Shown here piece after piece: positions 22,960 through 36,759 of a stretch of DNA of 64,000 nt. The notes beneath the pieces were generated by a model. The model did not search any database, had not been told where the DNA came from, and was given only the letters and a program-made list of their open reading frames with translations. The DNA lies in assembly GCF_963921235.1 (NCBI RefSeq), contig NC_086097.1, positions 246,948,001 through 247,012,000 on the forward strand, read 5' to 3'. The DNA is from Mobula hypostoma. Taxonomy: Eukaryota. Numbering within the stretch: position 1 is the first letter of the stretch; each line of letters starts with the position of its first letter. The position numbers and the translations under genes were made by a program.

Positions 22960-23239
22960 TGATATGGGATATTAAAATAAGACAAAATTTAAAACATCTA
23001 ATTCTCCACATTCCTACAATTAGCATCCATACTCGGAATTCCCATCTTTTCAGTATCATGTCAATTAGCGCAGTACAGTTACTATGAATTACAAAAAATG
23101 TTTAAATTCTCAAGAAGGAATAATAAGTTTGTATTCATAGACCATTCAGAAATGTGATGACGAAGGATAAAGAGTTGCTCCTGAATCATTGAGTGTTGCT
23201 CTTCTGGCTCCAGTACCCCCTCACTGATAACTAAATCAT

Positions 23240-25420
23240 TCAAAGTTCAAAGTAAACTTATTACCAAAGTACATACATATCGCCATATACAACCCCGACA
23301 TTCATTGCAGGCAATCACAGTAAATAAAAGAAACACAATAGAATCAATGAAAGACTAAATCCAACAGAATGGACAACAACCAATGTGCAAAAAGAAACAA
23401 TGAACTGTGAAAATACAAAAAGCAAGAGAAAAATAGAAATAATAAATAAATACTATCAAGAGCATGAATTGAAGCATCCTTGAAAGTGAATCCAGTTCAG
23501 TGATGGGACAAGTGAAGTAGAGTGAAGTTATCCCTCTTGTTAAAGAGCCTGATGGTTGAGGATAATAACTTTCTGGTGGTCTGGGTTCTGAGTCTCCTGT
23601 ACCTTCTTCCCGATGGCAGCAGCAAGAACCGAACATGGCCTGGCTGGTGGGGGTTCTTGATGATGGATGCTTCTTTCCAGTAGATGTGCTCAGTGGTGGA
23701 GAGGGCTTTAACTGTGAAGGACTGGGCCATATCCACTACTTATTGTTGTCTTTTCCATACAGGGACATTGGTGTTTCCATGCCAGGCCCTGATGCAAACA
23801 GCATGCTCTGCCCCATACATCTATGGAAGTTCATCAGTTCTATTTAATATGCTGAATCTTTGCAAACTTCTAAGGAAGTAGAGGCACTTACATGCTGGAC
23901 CCAGGTCAGATCCTCCAAAATGATAACACCGAGGAATTTAAATTTGCTGCCTCACCACCTTTGATCCCTCAATGAGGACTGGCTCATGGACCTCCAGTTT
24001 CCTCCTTCTGAAGTCAATAATCAGCTCCTTGGTTTTGCTGACAGTGAGTGAGGGGTTGTTGCTGTGGCACCACTCAGCCAGATTTTCAATCTCTCTCCTA
24101 TATGCTAATTCATCACCACCCTTGATTCAGCCAACAACAGTGATGTCATCAGCAAACTTGAATATGGTTTTGCATGTGTGTTTAGCCTCACAGTCATAGG
24201 CATAAGGTGAGTAGAGCAGGGAGCTAAGCACAGCCTTGTGCATCTTTGCTAAGGGAGATTATGGAGGAGTTGTTGCCAATCCAAACTGACTGGAGTCTGC
24301 AGATGAGGAAATCGAAGATCCAGTTGCACAAGGACATATTGAGACCAAGGCCTTGAAGCATGTTGATTAATTTTAAAGGGATGATAGAATTGAAATCAGA
24401 GCTGTAGTCAATGAAGAGCATCCTGATATATGAATCTTCACTGTGCAGATGTTCTAGGGTTGAGTGAAGAGCCAATGAAATGGCACCGGTTGTGATGGTA
24501 GGCAAATTGGAGTGGATCCGAGTCACTTCTCAGACAGGAGTTGATATGTTTTATCACCAACCTCTCAAGCACATCACAGTGGATGCAAGTTCTACTTGAC
24601 AATAGTCCCGGAGGCAGGTCACCACATTCTTCTTAGGCATCAGTATAATTGAAGCCTGCTTTAAGCAGATGGGTACCTCAGACTGTTGAAGCAAGGGGTT
24701 AAAGATGCTGATGAACTAGTTGATCAGCACAGATCTTTGGTACCTGGCCAGGTACCCATTCTGGGCCAGGTGCTTTCTATGGGTTCACCCTCTTGAAGGA
24801 TGCTGTCACATTAGCCTCAGAGACTGAAATCACAGGGTCAGTGTGGGCTCTGGGAGATCTCCAAGTTTTGATGGTCAAAGCGATCATAGAAGGCATTGAG
24901 CTCATCTGGGAGCGAAGCCTTGTCACTCGGTTTCACTCGGCAGGAGGTGATAGCATTCAAACCCTGCCACAGATGTCGAGCATCCTTCAGTGATTCAGGT
25001 TTGGTCCGTAACTGCCATTTCATATGCGAGATATCTTTCCAGAGATCATACCTAGATCTCGTATTTAACTAGACATGAATGCCACTAATCTGACCTTCAG
25101 CAGATTGCAGATCTCGATTCGTCCAGGGCCTCTGGTTGGGGGAGAGTCTGGATGATTTTGTGGGAACATACTTGTCTACAACTTTTTATATAGTCCGTGC
25201 CAACCATGGTGTGTCTTTTCAGATCCTTTGATGAGTCCTTGAGCACAGCCCAGTCCACCGACTTGAAGCAATCCTGTAACTGCTCCTCAGCCTCCTGTGA
25301 CTACCTCTTTGGTGTCCTTATCCCTGGAGCCTTGTTCTTTAGGCTCTGCCTGTTTGCAGATACAAGGAGGACAGCTAAATGATTAGATTTCCCGAAATTT
25401 GGTCTAGGCATTAAAAAGTA
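23240..25420 (-). mobile_element. Old Rex1/Babar-type LINE, degenerate
   Basis: [36 protein letters not shown] and LLPSGRRYR remnants. 3' end GTACTTTGGTAATAAGTTTACTTTGAAC. Confidence 0.8.
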
Positions 25421-27379
25421 GGCATTCCTAATTGTAGTGTAACGGTTCCAATTACTCACTTGTTCACTACCAAACAAAGCCTTTCATCTTCACTTACAAC
25501 AGTATGGACTATCAATGGATCTTATTCATGTTTCATGGCACTCTACTGAAGAGCTGTTCAGTCAGTATTAATCCACTTGATCAACGTCATGTTCTGTGTG
25601 CAAATTTGTTAGCTCAGATCCCAAATTACAAACACATATTAGGAGCAAGAAAAAGGCCAGTCTTCCCCTTGAACCTGCTCTGCCATTTAACAAGGATGTG
25701 GTTAATCTGAATGTAATCTCAGTTTCCCATTCACCAGGGGTAACCTTTCACCATCAAGGTGATTGAGAAACGTTTTTAGCCCTCTCTTAAATATTTAAAG
25801 ACCAGTGGAAGCAGAGTCCAAGGAATGGGCAAGTATATTTTTAAAGAATAAGCTCTAGATTTCTGTAAGAAGAAGTATCATCTCCACATCCAACCTGTCA
25901 AGACCCTTCTCCTGTTCTTCCAAGCTCTGGCTGAAACGATTGTTGTCTGCCTGACCCCAACAGTAAATAACTGAGGGACAATGACCCAACCCTGGGGAAA
26001 TCCATTAGTTACACCCCTCCAGTCTGAAAAAGACCCATTTATTCCAACTGTTTTCAATGTGGCAGCCAGTGTTTAATCTATGCTAAAATACGTCCCCCCA
26101 CGCTTCAGGATCTTACATTACTCACCAAGCTCTTGTATGGTAACCTACCACATGTTTTACAGAAATCTAAATACACTTCATCTGCATGTTCCCCTCAACC
26201 AGCTTTCCCCTTTCACATCCTTAAAGTTTGTCAACATAATTTAGCTCCTTTATGAAACTATATTGGCCAAGTTTGATTTTTTTTCCCTAAATGATTAGTT
26301 ATTTCCTCTAATTATTGCCAACTATGGGTGTTAAACTCAAGTTCAAGTTCAATTAGCATTAAACCATACATGAATACAGCCAAACAACACAGTGTTCCTC
26401 TGGGGCCAAGCTGCAAAATACACTACCAACAGCACATAGCAGTTATGGTTATGGTTTCAGGGAACTAACTGGTTCCTCACTTCGTCTTGCTCCCTTTTTG
26501 AACAACAGAGTCATTGGCTGTTTTCCAATCCTCTGGTACCCTCCCAGAACTCGGAGAGTTTGAAAAATATCCACTTCCTTTAAAACCTTTGGTTACAGGT
26601 CAATGGGCCCCAGCGGTTAAATAGTTCATCCCTTATGATTGGAGTTTTGTTACTACAAGTACCTCTAAGTTATTTGAAATTAGTTCACCAGTTATTCAAA
26701 ATAAATTCAACAATTATTCTGTTAACTTTGGGATATTTGCAGTGCACTCCATGGTGAAAGCAGCTGCAAAGCAAATAACATATTTACTATATCTTTGTTT
26801 CCTGTTATTCATTTGCCTGCCTTATTCTCTAGAGATATCACACTTGCATTCTTATCACTTCAGCTGCCAACGCAAGTGGTGCATGTGAGTTCAATTTCAA
26901 TGTTTGAGAAGTTTGGATAGGTACATGGATCATAGGGCTACGGTCCCGGTGCAAGTCGATGGGAATAGGTAGACTAGATGGGCCAAAGGACCAATTTCTG
27001 TGCTGTATTCTTGCCGTTTGTTTCGATATTATATGCAAGTTCTCCCTCAGATTGAATTTTCTAATGACCTCTTTAGGTTTTTTTTGCTGTTTTCTAAAAT
27101 TTCAAATTTCTGATCTAAAACTTTATGTGCCTTATGTGCATTGTTAGAATTTACAAGTCATTGGGCATATTTATGGGTGGGAGTGGGGAGATAACAGAAA
27201 CTATACACACACAGGTTAAAATATTGTTTATTTCTGGCTTCTATCGAAACCAACTAACACTCTAAACATGAAGTGGAGAAGTGAATGGGCGAGCACTTAG
27301 CACCAGTGGCATAGGTGGCAGGGGACTGGTACTGCTGCTTCTCCCTTATACCTGCTGTAGACAACCAACCATTTTTCTT

Positions 27380-27530
27380 CGCTCCAGGCCTGAGTCTTGA
27401 TGAACGATCTCAGCCTGAAACATCAGCTGTTTATTGCCCTCCATACATACTGCCTGACTTGCTGAGTTCCTCCAGCATTCTGTGTGGGTTGCTATATATT
27501 TCCAGCATCTGCTGAATCTCTCGTGTTTAA
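27380..27530 (+). mobile_element. Penelope-like terminal repeat fragment with decayed hammerhead core
   Basis: AGTCTTGATGAACGATCTCAGCCTGAAACATC...CTGCCTGACTTGCTGAGTTCCTCCAGCATT, homologous to 53540-53640. Confidence 0.65.
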
Positions 27531-28024
27531 AATATAACCAATAGGATGCCCGACTGGTTTTATTTCAAATAATGATGCTTTGCTTCCCTATACCTCACAC
27601 AAAGAAGACATATTAGTGGCTCTGTTTCATTAGTTTGAGGAGACTTGCAATACACAGGATTGCAAAAGGCTATGGACTCAGCCACTTGCATCACAGGCCT
27701 CCCCATGATTGAGGGCATTTTCAAAAAGCAGTATCCATCAATAAAGACCCTTACCAACTGGGAAGGCCATTTTGTTGTTACTAGCACCAAGGAAGAGATT
27801 CAGAAGCCTGAAGATCCACACTCAGTGATTCAGAAATAACTTCTTCCCCTCAACTTCAGATTTCAGAATTGTCCATAAAACCCATGAACACTACTTCATT
27901 ATTCCTTTAGTCACACTACTTATTTTTAAATTTACAGTAATTGTCTTTTGCATTGATCTGTTCCTGCTAAACAACACATTTCACCCCATATGACAGTGAT
28001 AATAAATCTGACTCTGAAACTCTG

Positions 28025-30170
28025 AGAGTGAGTTTGTTGAATGCCTAAGAGATGGCTTTTTAGAGCAGTTGTCGTTGAGCCTACTAGGGTATCAGCTATA
28101 CTGGATTGGGTGTTATGTAATGAACCGGAGGCGATTAGGGAGCTTAAGGTAAAAGAACCCTGACCTCAGTGGTTGGGGAGATGTTAAGAATCAATTGTTA
28201 AGGATGAGGTGATGGGAGTACATGGTGACACAGGATGAGATAGGACAAAGTCAGCATGGTTTCCTTCAGGGAGAATCCTGCCTGACGAACCTGTTGGAAT
28301 TCTTTGCGGCGATTACAAGTAGGATAGATCAAGGGGATGCAGTGGATGTTGTATATTTGGACTTTCAGAAGGCCTTTGACAAGGTGCCACACATGAGGCT
28401 GCTTACCAGGTTACATAGAAACATAGAAACATAGAAAATAGGTGCAGGAGTAGGCCATTCGGCCCTTTGAGCCTGCACCGCCATTTATTATCCAGTCTTT
28501 CTTCATATGAAAGTCCTGCCATCCCAGGAATCAATCTGGTGAACCTTCTTTGTACTCCCTCTATGGCAAAGATGGCTTTCCTCAGATTAGGGGACCAAAA
28601 CTGCACCCAATACTCCAGGTGTGGTCTCACCAAGGCCTTGTACAACTGCAGTAGTACGTCCCTGCTCCTGTACTCGAATCCTCTCGCTATAAATGCCAGC
28701 ATACCGTTCGCCTTTTTCACCGCCTGCTGTACCTGCATGCCCACTTTCAATGACTGGTGTATAATGACACCCCGGTCTTGTTGCACCTCCCCTTTTCCTA
28801 ATCAGCCACCATTCAGATAATAATCTGTTTTCCTATTTTTGCCACCAAAGTGGATAACTTCACATTTATTCACATTAAATTGCATCTGCCATGAGCTTGC
28901 CCACTCACCCAACCTATCCAAGTCACCCTGCATCCTCTTAGCATCCTCCTCACTGCTAACACTGCCACCCAGCTTCGTGTCATCCGCAAACTTGGAGATG
29001 CTGCATTTAATTCCCTCATCCAAGTCATTAATATATATTGTAAACAACTGGGGTCCATTAGGAGCCCATGATATTACAGGGAAGTTACTGGCATGGTTAG
29101 AGCATTGGCTGATTGGTAGGAGGCAGCGAGTGGGAATAAAAGGATCCTTTGCTGGTCGGCTGCCAGTGACTAGTGGTGTTCTGCAGGGGTCGGTGTTGGG
29201 ACCACTTCTTTCTATGCCATATATAAATGATTTAGATGATGGAATAGACGGCTTTGTTGCCAAGTTTGCAGATGGTATGAAGATTGGAGCAGGGGCACGT
29301 AGTGTTGAGGAAACGGGTACGATGCAGAAGGACTTAGATTAGGAGAATGGGCAAGGAAGTGGCAAATGAAATACAATGTTGGAAAAGGCATGGTCATACA
29401 ATTTGGTAGCAGAAATAAAGGTGTAGACTATTTTCTAAATTGGGAGAAAATCCAAAAATCTGAGATGCAAAGGGACTTGGAAGTCCTTGTGCAGAACATC
29501 TTAAAGGTTAACTTGCAGGTCGAGTCAGTGGTGAGGAAGGCAAATGCCATGTTAACATTTATTTGAAGAGGTCTAAGTACAAGAGCAAGGATGTGATGCT
29601 GAGGCTTTATAAGGCACTGGTGAGGCCTCACCTTGAGAATTGTGAACAGTTTTGGGCCCCTCATCTTAGAAAAGATGTGCTGGAATTGGAAAGGGTCCAG
29701 AGGAGGATCACAAGGATGATTCCAGGAATGAAAGGGTTATCATATGAGGAACGTTTGATGGCTCTGGGTCTGTACTCGATGGAATTCAGAAGGATGAGGG
29801 GGGGATCTCATTGAAACCTTTCGAATGTTGAAAGGCCTAGACAGAGTAGCTGTGGAAAGGATGTTTCCCATTGTGGGAGAGTCTAGGACAAGAGGGCACA
29901 GCCTCAGGATAGAGGGACACCCTTTCAAAACAGAGATGCGGAGATATTTTTTTCACCAGAGGGTGGTGAATTTGTGGAATTTGTTGCCACACGCAGCCGT
30001 AGAGGCCAAGTCGTTGGGTGTATTTAAGGCAGAGATTGATAGGTTCTTGATTGGACATGGCATCACAGGTTATGGGGAAAAGGCCGGGAATCTGGGGTTG
30101 AGGAGGAAAAAAAAGGATCAGCCATGATTGAATGGGGAGCAGACTTGATGAGCCAGATGGCCTGATGTCT
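28025..30170 (+). mobile_element. Older CR1 ORF2 (EN joined to RT by a deletion near 28160) with a nested young CR1
   Basis: EPTR/LDWVL remnant is joined directly to LTSVVG, then SQHGF, DFQKAFDKVPH, KFAD and the 3' UTR. Confidence 0.85.
28412..29058 (-). mobile_element. Young CR1 3' fragment with a ~370-bp internal deletion
   Basis: Same family as 34648-36143. The terminal ~78 bp are joined at ~28490 (TTATTAT|CCAGTC) to upstream ORF2 sequence. Confidence 0.9.
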
Positions 30171-32039
30171 TGTGGAATAAAGTCCTAACCTATTCAACCT
30201 TTCCCTATAACTCAGATCCTGGCAACATCCTTGTAAATTTTCTCTGTACTCTTTCAACCTTATTGACATCTTTCGTGTAGATAGGTGATCAGAACTGCAC
30301 ATAGTACACCAAATGCGGCCTCAACAACCCCTTAAAAAACTTCAACATAACATATTCAAACTCTTGTACTCAGTTCCTGAAAAACTACCAGCATGCAAAA
30401 ATTAGTTGAAGTGAAACATACTTGTACTGAATTACATTCCGAAATATCTACTCTACAGCTGAATCACTTGCAGTGAACAAAAAGTATTTCAAAAATATCC
30501 CTCATGCTCCTGTTATGCAACATTCAACTTCAAGATTTACATTCCTGAGCATCTTTCACAACCACATGACTTTCCAAATCCTGCAATCTAGAAAGCATAA
30601 CAAATTGCTCACAGCAATTTCACATATGAACTGGATAATAAGCAGATTCTTCCCCAAGATTCGAGAATTCCCGAGATCCCAAGAGCGATGTCATCTGGAG
30701 TTTAGTCATTTGGTGCTTAGTTCCTGGCAGTTAAGGTCAAGTGGGAGGTTCCAGACAGGGGCGATCTAATCAAGACCTCAGCGGTGGAGCTGGGAGAGAT
30801 TAATGACACTTCACAATGGCAGTGAAGGCAGAGGAAGGCTGCAGCAGTGAAAGGTCCCGAGTCGTCTTACATTCCACGCTACTGGACCCTGACCCCGTGG
30901 ACCGTGTGGTGGCTGCCTGTGCATCAGCCCCCACGTTAAACTAAGACACGCACAGGCTTTCTCCATTGAGAGAATCCACTGTAACATCCCGGACTAAATC
31001 TCCATAGAAATCATCAAATAGTGAAGGGGACAGGACTATGAGATTTGGAAGCCCCTCAGAATATGTGGATCTCAGAATGGAGTCTACAGCCACCTGAAGC
31101 CTCACCAGTTGTCAACCCCTAAGGAGAGCATCATACTTGACTCGAGTGATCACAGTATGACTGATGAACAGATTGTGAAGGATAACAATCAGTCAGAATG
31201 CCACAAAGGCACTGATTCTCTAAAATAACACCAATGGATTCACTTATGCGTGCCTAAGATGGACACATTTAAATTCTCACCCCAAAAATGCCACATTTTG
31301 TAAGTGTGGCTCTTACTCAGCACCACTGATGAGTCGACATTGTCATTTTTGAAATATTACAGGTGACTCCTGCCTCATGGAGGAGTTACATTCCAAGTCC
31401 ATATCATGGCGGAAGATCAGGGTTAGGGGAAATGGATCAGCCACGATAAAATGGCAGAGTAGACTCGCTGGGCTAAATGGCCTAATTAGACCATAAGATA
31501 CAGGAGCAGAATTGGGCCATCTGGTACATTGAGTCCGCGCCACCATTTCATCATGGTTGATCTGGTTTTCCTCTCAGCCCTCATCTCCTGCATTCTCCAC
31601 GTATCCTTTCATGCCCTGATCAATCAACCTCTGCCTTAAATATACATGAACACTTGGACTCCATAGCTGCCTGTGGCAAAGAATTCCATAGATTCTGCTC
31701 TCACAGTCTTAAGATCTTCCATAGCACAAAGCTCCATCATTTGCACATGTGTCAAGAAGTTAGGGTGAAGGCAGAGTTTATTTAAACTGCTTCCCTCACA
31801 GAGTCAGAGTGAATTTTATTAAGTACCTCAAATTTTTAGGTAGTGATTTGTGAATTTTGTAAGAACGAATTTCCATTACCCAAACAGACAACAAGAGTTG
31901 CCTGAATACCAATTCAAAAACTGGTATGACATTAAACGAGTATAGTAGATTCCAGTTAATTGGGACATATCAGGACCAGTACACTTTGGCCCAATTAGTG
32001 ATTGCCCCATTAGGTTGAAGTTTCATGGAAGTGAAAAAG

Positions 32040-32190
32040 GGTTTTTCTTGGCAAGCTACAGAAGTAGATCGTCAGGCCTTCCTTCTGCACAGATACAACT
32101 GCTGCCCAGGTTGGGACCCAGCCAGATTCGAACTTGGGACCATCCGCCTCGAAGTCCAGTGCTGATACTACTACACCCCTGGCCAGACGA
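32040..32190 (-). mobile_element. tRNA-derived SINE
   Basis: Minus strand has a tRNA-like head with B-box AGTTCGAATC, followed by a non-tRNA body. The head resembles 62365-62631. Confidence 0.6.
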
Positions 32191-32439
32191 ATGTTACTAC
32201 AGTACTATGGAACTATTAGGAATTCATACCATTTTCAAAAGAGGAGTTTATTCGGTGTACGCTGCCATGGAGTTTTAATTTTTATTTATTTATTTTTGCA
32301 CTCTGGTTTATCTTTCATTGATTCTGTTAAAATTACTATCCTATACATTTGCTGAGTATGCCCCCATGAAAATGAATCTCAGGGTTGTATATGGTGACAT
32401 ATATGTACTTTGATAATAAAATTTACTTTGAACTTTTGA

Positions 32440-32720
32440 CTTATTTTAGCATGGAATAGACCCTTGCGCCCATTCGAGCCGCACTGCCCAGCAACCCCCG
32501 ACAACCCAGGTTTAACCCTACCCTAATCACGGGGCTATTTACAATGACCAATTAACCGACCTGGTATGTCTTGGGACTGTGGGAGGAAACGGGAGGTCCC
32601 GGAGAAAACCCATGCATTCCACGGGGAGGACATACTGACTCCTTATGGAGGACACTGGAAACCAAACTCTGACGCCCTGAGCTGTAATAATGTCGTGCTA
32701 ACCACTACGCTATCATGCCT
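32440..32720 (-). mobile_element. HE1/V-type SINE
   Basis: Minus strand TGCATGGGTTTTCTCCGGGACCTCCCGTTTCCTCCCACAGTCCCAAGAC core with a CR1-like 3' end. Confidence 0.75.
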
Positions 32721-32834
32721 GACTATAAGTGAACAAAATCAGCATAGATATCTAGGGTAAATTTTTTTTGAGTCAACTCTCCTCATGCAATCGTAGCAAG
32801 GGTTTGAATTTTCTTTTTAAAAGTCAAACAAAAT

Positions 32835-35800
32835 GATCAAAAAGGCTTTTGATCGGGTTGAATGGCATTATTTATTTAAAATCTTAGAAAATTTAATTTT
32901 GGGTCCAACTTTATTCAATGGATTAAATTACTGTATTTATCCCCTTTTGCTCCGGTTCTTACTAATTCTCAGAATTCTAAACCATTTAAACTTCAACGTA
33001 GAACCAGACAAGGTTGCCCTTTGAGTCCTTTGCTTTTTGACCTGGCTTTAAAACCTTTAGCTATTGCTTTTCGAGAATCTAATGATATCGCTGGTATTTT
33101 ACGGAAGGGTACTACCCACAAAGTTTCACTTTATGCGGATGATTGATTGCTTTACATCTCTAATGTCGAAACTTCATTACCTTCTTCTTTCTTTGCTCTC
33201 TTGTTTTAGTCAGTTTTCTGGATATAAACTGAACCTACACAAGAATGAACTTTTTCCTTTGAATAATTTGCCATTAACTGATATGAACCTTCCTTTTAAA
33301 ATGGTAAGAAACCAATTCACTTATTTGGGTGTAACAATTACTAAGAATTATAAATACCTATTTAAAGAAAATTTTCTTCCTTTATTAAATTATATAAAAA
33401 GATCATCAAATTGGTCACCCCTTTCGTTATCATTGATTGGTCAAATTAATTCTATTAAAATGAATGTTTTACCTAAATTTATATACCTCTTTCAGGCTTT
33501 ACCCGTTTTTATTCCTAAATCCTTTTTTGACTCTCTGGACTCTATTTTATCCTACTACATATGGAAAAATAAGCGTCCTCGACTGAATAAAGTCCATCTC
33601 CAGAAAGTTAAAAAGAATGGAGGTTTAGCTTTACCAAATTTTAGGTTTTATTACTGGGCAGCTAATAAACAGAATCTCACATTTTGGGTTATACTATATT
33701 AATCATGATGACTGTCCTGGGTGGGTTTCTTTAGAAGCTAACTCAGTTAATAAATTTTCTATTATCTCTATTTTGGGATCTTCACTTCTTTTATCCTTAA
33801 GTAAGATAACTGAAAATGTGGTAGTCAAACATACTTTGAGGATTTGGATACAATTTACACTTTGGTTTATTGAGATTCTCCCTTTCTAGTCCCATTTTAA
33901 ATTTTTTTTTTAAGCCTTCTATGACTGATGTAGTTTTTAAACAATGGGAAAGATTGGGCATTACATGTTTCCGGGATCTGTTGAAGGAAGTCTTTCTTCA
34001 TTCGAACAAATGTCAACTAGTTTATCAAAAACCCTTTTTTTTCCCAGTACTTACAAATTAGAGATTTTCTGCGATCTCAATGAAATCCTTAATATGAAAT
34101 CATTTTATAATGGTTCAATATCCAATATTTATATATGTTATTGGGAATGAGAAATGATTCTTTAGACAAAATCAAAAATCTTTGGGAACAAGATTTACAG
34201 ACTTCAATTTCTGAAGAAACTTAAAATGAGATTCTTAAATTGATTAATACTTAATCATTATGTGCTCGTCATTCCCTCCTACAATTTAAAGTGGTTCATA
34301 GGGCTTATATGACCAAGGATAAGTTATCTCATTTTTATATGGATATATCTCCCTACTGTGATAGGTGTAACAATGGAGAAGCTTCATTTATTCATATGTT
34401 TTGGACGTGCCCAAGTCTGGAAAATATTGGAAGGAAGTATTCTAAACTTTTTCTGTACTCTTCAAAGTAAGTTTTAAGCCTAATCCTTTGACTGCCCTAT
34501 TTGGTATTGTTGGAAGGGAAGATATCATTTTGAAGACATCTGATCTGCACATTCTGGCTTTTATCTCTCTTATGGCTAGGAGGGCGCTTTTGTTTAAATG
34601 GAAAGATGCTGTTCTGCCTAATCATGCTCAGTGGTTACGGGATGTTACATAGAAACATAGAAAATAGGTGCAGGAGTAGGCCATTCGGCCCTTCGAGCCT
34701 GCACCGCCATTTATTATGATCATGGCTGATCATCCAACTCAGAACCCTGCCCCAGCCTTCCCTCCATACCCCCTGACCCCTGTAGCCACAAGGGCCATAT
34801 CTAACTCCCTCTTAAATATAGCTAATGAACTGGCCTCAACTGTTTCCTGTGGCAGAGAATTCCACAGATTCACCACTCTGTGTGTGAAGAAGTTTTTCCT
34901 AATCTCGGTCCTAAAAGGCTTCCCCTCTATCCTCAAACTGTGGCCTCTCGTTCTGGACTTCCCCAACATCGGGAACAACCTTCCTGCATCTAGCCTGTCC
35001 AATCCCTTTAGGATCTTATACGTTTCAATCAGATCCCCCCTCAATCTTCTAAATTCCAACGAGTACAAGCCCAGTTCATCCAGTCTTTCTTCATATGAAA
35101 GTCCTGCCATCCCAGGAATCAATCTGGTGAACCTTCTTTGTACTCCCTCTATGGCAAGGATGTCTTTCCTCAGATTAGGGGACCAAAACTGCACACAATA
35201 CTCCAGGTGTGGTCTCACCAAGGCCTTGTACAACTGCAGTAGTACCTCCCTGCTCCTGTACTCGAATCCTCTCGCTATAAATGCCAGCATACCATTCGCC
35301 TTTTTCACCGCCTGCTGTACCTGCATGCCCACTTTCAATGACTGCTGTATAATGACACCCAGGTCTCGTTGCACCTCCCCTTTTCCTAATCGGCCACCAT
35401 TCAGATAATAATCTGTTTTCCTATTTTTGCCACCAAAGTGGATAACTTCACATTTATCCACATTAAATTGCATCTGCCATGAATTTGCCCACTCACCCAA
35501 CCTATCCAAGTCACCCTGCATCCTCTTAGCATCCTCCTCACAGCTAACACTGCCACCCAGCTTCGTGTCATCCGCAAACTTGGAGATGCTGCATTTAATT
35601 CCCTCATCCAAGTCATTAATATATATTGTAAACAACTGGGGTCCCAGCACTGAGCCTTGCGGTACCCCACTCGTCACCGCCTGCCATTCTGAAAAGGTCC
35701 CGTTTATTCCCACTCTTTGCTTCCTGTCTACTAACCAATTCTCCACCCACACCAATACCTTACCCCCAATACCGTGTGCCTTAAGTTTGCACACTAATCT

Positions 35801-36546
35801 CCTGTGTTGGACCTTGTCAAAAGCCTTTTGAAAATCCAAATATACCACATCCACTGGTTCTCCCCTATCCACTCTACTAGTGACATCCTCAAAAAATTCT
35901 ATGAGATTCGTCAGACATGATTTTCCTTTCACAAATCCATGCTGACTTTGTCCGATCATTTCATCGCTTTCCAAATGTGCTGTTATCACATCCTTGATAA
36001 CTGACTCCAGCAGTTTCCCCACCACCGACGTTAGGCTAACCGGTCTATAATTCCCCGGTTTCTCTCTCCCTCCTTTTTTAAAAAGTGGAGTTACATTAGC
36101 CACCCTCCAATCCTCAGGAACTAGTCCAGAATCTAACGAGTTTTGGCATGCCTAAATTTAGAAAAGATTTGTTGTTCAATTTCTGAATCTATCCAAGATT
36201 TTCAAAATTTGTGGGGGCCGTTTTTAAATTATTTTCATAATCTTTGACTTCTCGTTAAAGTACATAAGTTGGTTAATAGCATATTTTTATCTGATAAGGT
36301 TTTTCCCCCCAAACAGCTTTGACTTTGGTAGTGGGTGTAGATCTTTTTTTAAATAAAATTGTTTATATTCTAATATATGAATTAATCTAATCTATATGAA
36401 TATAGAGTAAGGTGTTTGTTAATGTGATTCAATACACTGTATCTGGTATTATTATATTTTTTCTTCTATTTTATAATATGTATTCTCTTGGATTCTGTAT
36501 TCTTCTGTATAAAAATCAATAAAAATATTGGAAAAAGAAAGAAAAA
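32835..36546 (+). mobile_element. L1-clade LINE ORF2 3' half, degenerate, split by a CR1 (32835-34647 and 36144-36546)
   Basis: KAFDRVEW, RQGCPLSPLLF, LYADD, FSGYKLN, IKMNVLPKF, GGLALPNF and C-terminal CDRC..HMFWTCP. AATAAA and A-rich tail at 36518-36546. Confidence 0.88.
34648..36143 (-). mobile_element. Young 5'-truncated CR1 with an uninterrupted RT frame
   Basis: ORF 34739-36103 (454 aa) is open through all RT motifs to the natural stop. Tail (TTTCTATG)n. The L1 host rejoins as GATGTTA|TGGCATGCC. Confidence 0.95.
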
Positions 36547-36605
36547 TTATTGCTTTTAGAAATGGAGTCCATCAGCTCAAATGGATAACAACATAAACAC
36601 AAGTA

Positions 36606-36759
36606 CAGGTCGACCTTCATTAATCTGACTACCTGTAATCCGGTTCCTTCGATAATCCGACACTAATTATGCTTAATGTGATCCTTCTGTAATTTAGCAT
36701 TTTCACTAATCCGTCACTCCTCAGGTCCCAATGGTGCCGGATTAGTGAGGGTCGACCTA
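36606..36759. mobile_element. Tc1/mariner (Tigger-like) MITE
   Basis: TIRs CAGGTCGACCTTCATTAATC and GATTAGTGAGGGTCGACCTA, flanked by TA at 36604-36605 and 36760-36761. Confidence 0.85.

Noticed and set aside
28480..28500. Spliced CR1 transcript as the origin of the internal deletion
   Set aside because: The removed segment begins GA and ends AT on the sense strand, not GT-AG.
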